This document shows, in pieces, positions 17,060-24,774 of a DNA stretch of 27,124 nt. The notes under the pieces were generated by a model. The model saw only the letters and a list, made by a program, of their open reading frames with translations, searched no databases and was not told the origin of the DNA. Each line of letters begins with the position of its first letter. The first letter of the stretch is position 1. The stretch spans positions 1 to 27,124 of IMG/VR virus record IMGVR_UViG_3300043446_003991; one strand, 5' to 3'. The DNA is from a virus. Lineage: Duplodnaviria; Caudoviricetes. Position numbers and translations under genes: made by a program.

Positions 17060-18705
17060 TGTCTAGAATCAGAGATATAGCAAACTTATTTAGCGGATCA
17101 ACAGATGCGGCAACTGATGCTGAAGTTACCGCCGCAATTAATTCACACAATACTACTGCTAATGGACATGTAAAAAGAGGTAATACTGCTTCTCGTCCTT
17201 CTCCCGCCGTTTCTGGCGATGTTTATATGAATACACAACTTGGTTATCCAGAGTTTTATGATGGAACAAATTGGATGGCAATCGGTGCAGTTGCTACTTC
17301 TCCAAGCAGCGTAGTTGCTACAAACGTAGGAACTGGGCGGGCTTACAATAATGGTTCTGCTTCAGTAGCCTTTGTAGCAGGAACAGTTCCAGGTTCTACA
17401 TATACAGTTACATCTTCTCCAGGTTCTTATTATAATACTGGCTCATCATCTCCTATTGTAGTCACAGGCCTGCAATCAAATACAGCATATACTTTTACTG
17501 CCGTTGCATCAAATGTTTACGGTACATCTGCAGCATCTGCTGCGTCAGCAAGCATTACTGCAACTACAGTACCACAAGCGCCAAGTATTTCAGCAGTTGC
17601 TGGAAATACAAATGCAGTATTAACTATAACAGGAGCAACAGGTGGATCAGCAATTACACAATATTCTATTACATCAAATCCTGCCACTACTACACAAACA
17701 ACATCTAATACAACATATACATTTACTGGACTTACAAATGGAACAGCTTATACATTTACGGCAACTGCTATTAATACTAACGGCACATCAACATTAGGAT
17801 CTGCAAGTAACAGTGTTACTCCAGCAAATCCTTCTGTCACAGTAGACTATCTTGTAGTTGCAGGAGGCGGAGCAGGAGGAAAAGCTTACTATGGAGGTGG
17901 CGGTGGAGCTGGAGGTTTACGCTCTACTGTTACAGCAACAGGAGGTGGGGCTTCACTTGAAAGCCCATTATCTTTAACTCCAGGAACAACTTATACAATA
18001 ACAGTGGGTGGAGGTGGAACTGGAGGCTTTAATGATTTTTCTTCAGCAGCTAATTCTGGAAATCCTTCATCTATAAAAAATGGAGCAACAGATATAATAG
18101 TTTCAACAGGAGGCGGAGCAGGAGGAACATTTAATGGTTATCCAAATGGACTTGCAGGAGGATCAGGCGGTGGTGGCGCTGGTTCCCCAGTAGGAACAGT
18201 TGGAACTAGAACAGTTGGTCAAGGATATAATGGTGGTTTAGGAAGTAATGACAATGGAGCTACTTATGCAGCAGGCGGAGGCGGCGGCGGAGCAGGTGCT
18301 GTTGGTGGAAACTCACAGGGCAGTTCATCATCTGGAATTGGTGGAGCAGGTGGTGCAGGTGTAGCAATTGCTATTACTGGTTCATCTGTAACATATGCAG
18401 GCGGAGGCGGCGGTGGATATGGAAGAGATTCTGGCGTTTCTGGAGGAACTGGAGGAACGGGCGGTACAGGTGGCGGAGGAAATGGAAGCGCAAATGGAAG
18501 CGCTGGAAGCAATGGTACATCAAATACTGGTGGCGGCGGTGGCGGAGCTGGAGGATATCCTCAAGCAAACGGTTCTGGTGGTTCAGGTGTTGTAATTCTT
18601 CGTGCTTTACAAGCTGCATCTTCTACAACTGGATCTCCAGTTTATACAACTTCGGGTTCTTATCATATTTACAAATTTAATAATAGCGGGAGTATTACTT
18701 ACTAA
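17059..18705 (+). CDS. Gly-rich putative adhesin: MSRIRD N-terminus, 2 FN3 domains, one Gly-rich domain
   Basis: 548 aa, TAATG-coupled. The N-terminus, second FN3 and GGLRSxVTxTGGGxSLESPL are closely paralogous to 8629..11235. Confidence 0.8.
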   Translation: MSRIRDIANLFSGSTDAATDAEVTAAINSHNTTANGHVKRGNTASRPSPAVSGDVYMNTQLGYPEFYDGTNWMAIGAVATSPSSVVATNVGTGRAYNNGSASVAFVAGTVPGSTYTVTSSPGSYYNTGSSSPIVVTGLQSNTAYTFTAVASNVYGTSAASAASASITATTVPQAPSISAVAGNTNAVLTITGATGGSAITQYSITSNPATTTQTTSNTTYTFTGLTNGTAYTFTATAINTNGTSTLGSASNSVTPANPSVTVDYLVVAGGGAGGKAYYGGGGGAGGLRSTVTATGGGASLESPLSLTPGTTYTITVGGGGTGGFNDFSSAANSGNPSSIKNGATDIIVSTGGGAGGTFNGYPNGLAGGSGGGGAGSPVGTVGTRTVGQGYNGGLGSNDNGATYAAGGGGGGAGAVGGNSQGSSSSGIGGAGGAGVAIAITGSSVTYAGGGGGGYGRDSGVSGGTGGTGGTGGGGNGSANGSAGSNGTSNTGGGGGGAGGYPQANGSGGSGVVILRALQAASSTTGSPVYTTSGSYHIYKFNNSGSITY

Positions 18706-19115
18706 TGGCTAAATTAATCAGAGTATGGGATGGCACACAATGGCAAAATGTTGGTGCTGCTTTGCCATATTCTTATATAACAATTAATGGAAGCCAAGTT
18801 AATTTAGGCGGAAGTGTAACAATACCTACTGGTCCCACCGCCCAAGCAGTGTCATCTAATATTACAATGGCGGCAAATTATAACTATTTTGTAGATACAA
18901 CAGCAGCAAGAACTTTGACTCTTCCTGCTAGTCCCGCCCTAGGCGATACAATTGCAGTATACGATGCATCTGGGACGGCGGCAACAAATAATATTACAAT
19001 AGCCAGAAATGGCAACAAGATTAATGGACAAACAGAAGATGCTATAATTGACGTAGATCAATCAAGTTCAGTATTTGTTTATACAGGCTCAGCGCTTGGA
19101 TGGAGGTTTGACTAA
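18705..19115 (+). CDS. Small adaptor-like protein: KLIRVWDGTQW N-terminus and 'TLTLP..GWR' C-terminal domain
   Basis: 136 aa, TAATG-coupled on both sides. The C-terminal domain is paralogous to those of 5051 and 14364. Confidence 0.7.
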   Translation: MAKLIRVWDGTQWQNVGAALPYSYITINGSQVNLGGSVTIPTGPTAQAVSSNITMAANYNYFVDTTAARTLTLPASPALGDTIAVYDASGTAATNNITIARNGNKINGQTEDAIIDVDQSSSVFVYTGSALGWRFD

Positions 19116-20974
19116 TGGCTATTAGAAAGTCATCAAATTCAGGTATTCCTTTTGGTAATACTGCAGGTCGTCCAACAGCTCAAACTGGTCAGCCATATTT
19201 TAATGGAGAAGTTGGCAGACTTGAATTATACACAAGCACAGGATGGCAAAACATTGTTCAAGAAACTCCAGGAGTTGCAACAATTTCAGGAAATTATTCC
19301 GAAGCAACAAATTCAGGAACAATAACAATTTCAGGAACTAATTTTGTATCTGGAGCAATTGCCTCTGCAATCGGAACAAATGGAGTAGAGATTAATGCTT
19401 TTTCAACAACATATAATTCTATTGTTCAATTAACAGCAGTATTTACTGGACTTTCTTCTACTTATGAACCTTATGATATCAAAGTGACAAATCCATCTAA
19501 TTTGTTTGGACTTCTTCCAGATGCATTGTATGTAAATAATAGTCCAGTTTGGGTTACAACAGCTGGTTCCCTTGGAACATTTTATGAACAAGTTTCTATA
19601 TCTTTATCAGCAACTGCAACAGACTCTGATTCAACTATAACTTATTCTTTAGCATCTGGTTCTTCATTACCTTCTGGAATTACATTAAACTCTTCAACTG
19701 GTTTAATATCTGGAACTTTACCAGACATATCAACACAAACAGTATACTCATTTACAATAAATGCAACAGATGGAGTTAATACAATTCCAAGAACATTTAG
19801 TATTACATCTAATGTAAATCAATCTCCATCATGGTCAACATCTTCTGGAACAATAGCAACAATTTATGATTCAGGAAGAAGTAATTATTCTGTTTCGGTT
19901 GCAGCATCAGATCCTGAATCTGCAACTTTAACATATTCTTTAGTTTCTGGATCACTTCCTACATCTATGACATTAAATACTTCAACAGGTGTAATTAGTG
20001 GAACAACGCCAGCAGTTGGAACAGATACAACATATTCTTTTACATTAGGTGTTTCAGATGGAGTAAATGCCGTAGCCACAAGATCATTTAATATTATTGT
20101 AAAAGCTCCTTATACACAAACATTCTCTTATACAGGAGCAGATCAATCATGGACAGTTCCAGCAGGTGTTACATCTGTAACAGCAAAAATGTGGGGTGCA
20201 GGTGGAGGATCTGGTAGAAATGGAACAGCTGGAACAGGAGCTTATGGAACTGGAACAATATCAGTTACACCAGGAAATACTTATAAGGTTATAGTTGGTC
20301 AAGGTGGATTACGAGGTCCGATTGTTTCTTATGCAGGAGGCGGCGGTGGCGGATATGCTGGAATATTTTTAAATAATACAGCGTCTATTGCAAATGCTTT
20401 AATGGTAGTCGGCGGCGGTGGTGGCGCTGCTGGAAATAATCAGGTGAATGGCGAATTGGGATACGGTGGTGGCGCTGGAGCATTTGGTGGAAATGGAAAA
20501 GACGGATACGTAGATGGTAGAGGTGGAAATAATAGTGGATATGGTAGAGGAGGAACCCAATCTGCAGGTGGTATAAAAGGAACTAATGCACCAAATGCTA
20601 ATGCAGATGGTGCGGCATTAAGAGGAGGAGTTGCTCAGGGACAGGGAGTCAACACATTTGGAACAGCTCAATATGGCGGAGGTGGTACTTCATGTAGTGA
20701 TACTAATTATTATGGTCCAGGCGCAGGCGGAGCGGGTTATTACGGCGGCGGAGCTGGATCTAATGATGGAGGTTATGGTGGCAGTGGTGGAGGAGGATCA
20801 AGTTATTATAATCCTTCATATGTAACATCAGCTACTTCAATAGCTGGAACAGATGGCGGAAATAATGCTTCTAGAAGTGCACCAAATAATGGTGATTCAA
20901 AATATATTGCTGGAGTAGGAACAACTGCTCCATCTTCAGATGGCGGAAATGCATTAGTTGTTTTGATGTATTAA
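19115..20974 (+). CDS. Gly-rich putative adhesin with a TIG-like and two putative-Ig stalk domains
   Basis: 619 aa. TITISGTNF, two YSLxSGS(S)LPxxxTLNxSTGxISGT repeats, and a terminal domain VPAGVTSVTAKMWGAGGGSG...GGGGSSY of a distinct Gly-rich subtype resembling the ALK/LTK-type domain. Confidence 0.75.
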   Translation: MAIRKSSNSGIPFGNTAGRPTAQTGQPYFNGEVGRLELYTSTGWQNIVQETPGVATISGNYSEATNSGTITISGTNFVSGAIASAIGTNGVEINAFSTTYNSIVQLTAVFTGLSSTYEPYDIKVTNPSNLFGLLPDALYVNNSPVWVTTAGSLGTFYEQVSISLSATATDSDSTITYSLASGSSLPSGITLNSSTGLISGTLPDISTQTVYSFTINATDGVNTIPRTFSITSNVNQSPSWSTSSGTIATIYDSGRSNYSVSVAASDPESATLTYSLVSGSLPTSMTLNTSTGVISGTTPAVGTDTTYSFTLGVSDGVNAVATRSFNIIVKAPYTQTFSYTGADQSWTVPAGVTSVTAKMWGAGGGSGRNGTAGTGAYGTGTISVTPGNTYKVIVGQGGLRGPIVSYAGGGGGGYAGIFLNNTASIANALMVVGGGGGAAGNNQVNGELGYGGGAGAFGGNGKDGYVDGRGGNNSGYGRGGTQSAGGIKGTNAPNANADGAALRGGVAQGQGVNTFGTAQYGGGGTSCSDTNYYGPGAGGAGYYGGGAGSNDGGYGGSGGGGSSYYNPSYVTSATSIAGTDGGNNASRSAPNNGDSKYIAGVGTTAPSSDGGNALVVLMY

Positions 20975-20986
20975 AGGGGCCATATT

Positions 20987-22741
20987 ATGAGCTATCAATT
21001 AAAGGTAATCAAAGATTATCCAATCGGATTTTGGCCACTAGATGAATCATCTGGTGCAACTGCCGCAGATATTTCAGGATGCGGAAATAATGGAACGTAT
21101 GTAGGATCTCCTGCAGCAAATATTTTACCGCTTGTTCCTGGCGGAATTTCTGGAACTAAAATAACAAATACCGCATATGCGACATTTCCAATAACTAAGG
21201 ATTATTATGGCGCAAATGTCGGGGCGGGATTTGGAACAAAATATACATCAGATAATGATTTTACTTTAGAGGTATGGTTTAATCAAAATATTTCTACCGC
21301 CTCAGAAATGCCTTTATTAGCCGATATAACGAACGACATAGGGATTTACTGGGAAAAGGGCGACATCGTATTTAAAGTGTCTGAAAACGAATCTGTGCGC
21401 TTCTGTGTGCCATATAGCAAGAAGTCTCTGCATGTCGCTGGCGTATATTCAGTAAATACAATTACTTTATACATTGATTCTGTTCCAATTATTTCAAAAT
21501 ATTTAGATGGATTTAAATTTACAAATACAACATTAACGCTTCAATCTGGACCTACATTAAATTCAGGAGATTCATTTATTGTAGATGCCCCAGCCGTATA
21601 CAGATATGCCCTTGACGCCAAAGCCTTAAAACAGCATTATGTAAATGGAAATGTAACAGTATCTCCAATTCATGTTGTATATCCAGATGGCGGTATTTTA
21701 TTTACAGGAACAGATGCTAATATTCGTGCAGCATTTGATTATTCGTACCCAGTAAATAGATCATGGACTGAATTTCTTGACGATAATACATATTACGATG
21801 CAAATAAAAGATATATAACATTTTATAAAACAGATACAGCTGAAGCAAAAACATTTATCATGGAGGATTCTTTCTTAGTACCGTCTGCAATTAATTTAAT
21901 TACATCTAAAGTTGAATGGCGGAATGATTTAGGAATAACAGTAGAATCTAGCGTAGACGGTATAACTTGGGTGGCATGCAGTAATGGACAGCCATTACCT
22001 CAATATACAATAGATTCATTTCATTCTAGTCATAAAGTACATATTAGAATTACAATGTCTACTACAGATGCAAGCAAATTCCTTCCAAAGCTATCATTTT
22101 TCTGCGTAACATTCTATTCAAATAGAACTATCTATGCAGATAATTATGGCGATAAAATTACATCCACAACGGATTATTATTTAGGCTCACTAAATTACCC
22201 AGTTTTATCAAGACATTATATGAATGGAATTAGATGTAAGGCAGACTCAGGCTTTGTCCTAAATACCCAAATGGATGTCCAGACCCTAGAATTTTTCTAT
22301 ACCCCAAATTCCTATAATGATTCAGGGCTTGTATCGTCTACATCTACAAATGGCTATACCGCCTCCAATTTTTCATGGCGGAATTCAGGGACAATATCAA
22401 AGTCCAATATTGCTAAGATCTATGTCAATAATGTAAGCAAGACATCTGAGACAGATATAGCCAATGTCTTTGTCCTAAATCAGCCTCATCATGTGGTTAT
22501 TGAATATGCCTCCCCTATTTCTGGCGATATTACATTTAATTCTTCTCTATATGGGGCAATTCAAGGTCAATTCCAGAACATTGCTATATATGAAAAGGCA
22601 TTTACGGCTCAGAATGTAGAGACCCATTTTGAATTATATACAGGAAAGCCTGTAGAAAGCGTTTCAGAATCTGCCATTACCCTGACAGAATTAGAACCAG
22701 CATATTACAATAATGACTGGATTGTGATACAATCTATTTAA
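20987..22741 (+). CDS. LamG/concanavalin-A-like lectin-fold virion protein
   Basis: PIGFWPLDESSGATAADISGCGNNGTY, FTLEVWF and HVAGVY...LYID are typical LamG_3-like motifs. A second degenerate copy lies near the C-terminus (TLEFFY, IYVNN, HHVVI, IAIY). Confidence 0.65.
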   Translation: MSYQLKVIKDYPIGFWPLDESSGATAADISGCGNNGTYVGSPAANILPLVPGGISGTKITNTAYATFPITKDYYGANVGAGFGTKYTSDNDFTLEVWFNQNISTASEMPLLADITNDIGIYWEKGDIVFKVSENESVRFCVPYSKKSLHVAGVYSVNTITLYIDSVPIISKYLDGFKFTNTTLTLQSGPTLNSGDSFIVDAPAVYRYALDAKALKQHYVNGNVTVSPIHVVYPDGGILFTGTDANIRAAFDYSYPVNRSWTEFLDDNTYYDANKRYITFYKTDTAEAKTFIMEDSFLVPSAINLITSKVEWRNDLGITVESSVDGITWVACSNGQPLPQYTIDSFHSSHKVHIRITMSTTDASKFLPKLSFFCVTFYSNRTIYADNYGDKITSTTDYYLGSLNYPVLSRHYMNGIRCKADSGFVLNTQMDVQTLEFFYTPNSYNDSGLVSSTSTNGYTASNFSWRNSGTISKSNIAKIYVNNVSKTSETDIANVFVLNQPHHVVIEYASPISGDITFNSSLYGAIQGQFQNIAIYEKAFTAQNVETHFELYTGKPVESVSESAITLTELEPAYYNNDWIVIQSI

Positions 22742-22766
22742 ACTGTCAATTAGTCTGACAAAAAGC

Positions 22767-22802
22767 TGGACTTAGACCATAAAGAATGGTAAAATAAATT
22801 CA
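22767..22802 (+). promoter_or_regulatory. Sigma70-type promoter, probably leaderless
   Basis: TGGACT (22767-22772), 17 nt, TAAAAT (22790-22795) with extended TG, then 7 nt to ATG 22803 with no SD. Confidence 0.65.
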
Positions 22803-23138
22803 ATGGATAACGGAAAGATTAAATATTCTAGCGTAGAAGAAGAGACCCGCCTAGGTATATATGTCTGGGAAATGCCAGACGGAAGATGGATTGGCGACGA
22901 TGATGGAAATTATCTGTCTGTCACTTCCATGAAGGGTAACAAGGCAAAGATTGATGCCCTTGCAAACGTAGTTCGCTCATATGGTATTTATGAGGGACAG
23001 CCAAAATTCTTGTCAGGCCGTCGAAAGATTGATGACGAAGAATTTGAACATCAGAAGCAAAGACTAGAATGGGGCCTAGTTCCAGATCCTCTAGATATTG
23101 GAAACTATAAGGACGAAATGAAAAAGGCAGGAAAGTAA
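22803..23138 (+). CDS. Hypothetical protein coupled to the portal gene
   Basis: 111 aa (GIYVWEMPDGRWIGDDDGNYLS), preceded by its own promoter, TAATG overlap with the portal. Confidence 0.75.
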   Translation: MDNGKIKYSSVEEETRLGIYVWEMPDGRWIGDDDGNYLSVTSMKGNKAKIDALANVVRSYGIYEGQPKFLSGRRKIDDEEFEHQKQRLEWGLVPDPLDIGNYKDEMKKAGK

Positions 23139-24721
23139 TGTCAGATTATATTGCAGATAACGATAGCCAAGAGGTTGAAATCTCTAATGCTGCAGACTGG
23201 GTAAAATTTCATAGTCCAGTAGTTCAAAAGACTAATGACCCATTTAAAATAGAAGGCGAAGACTTAACTAAGGTTGCAGGTCTTTCTCCTACATTCCGTC
23301 GTAAAATGAATCGTGATCTTCAAAAGAGATTTACAGGTATTGATGGAACTGGAACACAGCAAAATCTATTACAGCAAGCAATTACTGGCTATGCAATGTT
23401 CGACCTTGTCGAGCCTCCATACAACATGGAATATCTATCTCAAGTTTATGAAGTAGATCCATATAACTATTCTGCTGTAAATGCTAAGGTTGCAAATATC
23501 GTAGGACTTGGATTTGATTTTATTGAAACACGCAAAACAGTTGAGGCTATGGATGGAATTGATAGCGATGTGCAACTTGAGCGGGCACGTAGAAAGCTAA
23601 ATAGACTTCGTCAAGATCTACATCAGTGGTTAGAAGATTGCAACGAAGAAGAAACATTTAAAGAGACTTTAATTAAATTTTATACAGATGTTGAAGCAAC
23701 AGGAAATGGCTATCTTGAAGTAGGCCGTACAACTTCTGGAAAGATCGGTTATATCGGACATATCCCAGCAAAGACAATGCGTGTGCGTCGTTTGCGTGAT
23801 GGCTTTATTCAATTACTTTACGGCAAGGCCGTATTCTTCCGCAACTTTGGAGATCAAGAAACTCCTAACCCAATTGCAGGCGGACTAGATAGACCAAATG
23901 AAATTATTCATGTAAAGAAATATACTCCACAAAATAACTATTATGGAATTCCAGATATTGTAGCAGCCGCAAACTCTATGGCTGGAAATGAATTTGCTGG
24001 TAAATATAACCTTGACTACTTTGAAAACAAGGCGGTCCCAAGATATATTATTACTGTTAAGGGTGCTAAACTTTCAACAGAATCAGAGCGCAAGCTTCTT
24101 GAATTTTTCCAGGTTGGCTTAAAGGGTAAGAATCACAGATCTCTTTATATTCCACTTCCTCCAGATTCACCAGATGCAAAGGTTGAATTTAAGATGGAGC
24201 CAGTTGAGGCTGGAACTCAGGATTCATCATTTAATACATATCGTAAGATGAATCGTGATGAAATTCTTATGGCTCACAGAACTCCAATAAATAAAATTGG
24301 AACCCCAGAAGGAATTAATTTGGCGGCAGCAAGAGATGCCGATAAAACATTTAAAGAGCAGGTATGTCGTCCAGCACAGGATATTCTAGAAAAGAAATTA
24401 AATAGAATTATTGCTGAAATGACAGACGCCCTTGAAATGAAATTTAATGAATTGTCTCTCACAGATGAGGATACTCAATCTAAGATTGATGAGCGTTATT
24501 TGAGAATGCAGGTAATTACTCCAAATGAAGTTCGTATTAGAAAGGGTATGGTTCCTCTAGATAGTGGCGATGAAGTCGTAATATTGAAGCCACAACAGCA
24601 GGCAGAAATTAGATCCCAGGCAGGACAGACCAGAACTAGGGATTCTGAGAGGGCTGCAAATTCTCCAGATAATTCTGGGGAGGGCAGAAATGCTCAAGGG
24701 GACGGAAGACAAGTCGAGTAG
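23138..24721 (+). CDS. Phage portal protein (HK97/PBSX-like)
   Basis: 527 aa with motifs D...TGNGYLEV.R, HIPAKTMRV, EIIH.K, YYGIPDI, YFENKAVP..II, HRTP..KIG and ITPNEVR..G. Lies directly before the protease and capsid genes. Confidence 0.92.
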   Translation: MSDYIADNDSQEVEISNAADWVKFHSPVVQKTNDPFKIEGEDLTKVAGLSPTFRRKMNRDLQKRFTGIDGTGTQQNLLQQAITGYAMFDLVEPPYNMEYLSQVYEVDPYNYSAVNAKVANIVGLGFDFIETRKTVEAMDGIDSDVQLERARRKLNRLRQDLHQWLEDCNEEETFKETLIKFYTDVEATGNGYLEVGRTTSGKIGYIGHIPAKTMRVRRLRDGFIQLLYGKAVFFRNFGDQETPNPIAGGLDRPNEIIHVKKYTPQNNYYGIPDIVAAANSMAGNEFAGKYNLDYFENKAVPRYIITVKGAKLSTESERKLLEFFQVGLKGKNHRSLYIPLPPDSPDAKVEFKMEPVEAGTQDSSFNTYRKMNRDEILMAHRTPINKIGTPEGINLAAARDADKTFKEQVCRPAQDILEKKLNRIIAEMTDALEMKFNELSLTDEDTQSKIDERYLRMQVITPNEVRIRKGMVPLDSGDEVVILKPQQQAEIRSQAGQTRTRDSERAANSPDNSGEGRNAQGDGRQVE

Positions 24722-24738
24722 TCCTGCTCAACTATTAT

Positions 24739-24774
24739 TTGCGTTATAGTAAATAACGCTATAAAATAAAGCAT
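24739..24774 (+). promoter_or_regulatory. Sigma70-type promoter, probably leaderless, overlapped by a 7-bp palindrome
   Basis: TTGCGT (24739-24744), 17 nt, TAAAAT (24762-24767), 7 nt, ATG 24775, no SD. Palindrome gcgttat-agtaa-ataacgc at 24741-24759. Confidence 0.7.

Noticed and set aside
6850-20800. GGC/GGT/GGA runs as microsatellites, phase-variation tracts or a CRISPR array
   Set aside because: They are mixed-codon glycine runs in intact frames, with no constant repeat-spacer periodicity.
1846-20974. Diversity-generating retroelement, suggested by the Mtd-like N-terminus and a near-identical repeat pair
   Set aside because: No reverse transcriptase in the window. The 60-nt pair has only two differences, with the A on opposite copies, and lies in a linker rather than a C-terminal variable region.
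5938-20974. Collagen-like or ice-nucleation proteins
   Set aside because: No sustained Gly-X-Y periodicity and no ice-nucleation octapeptide repeats.
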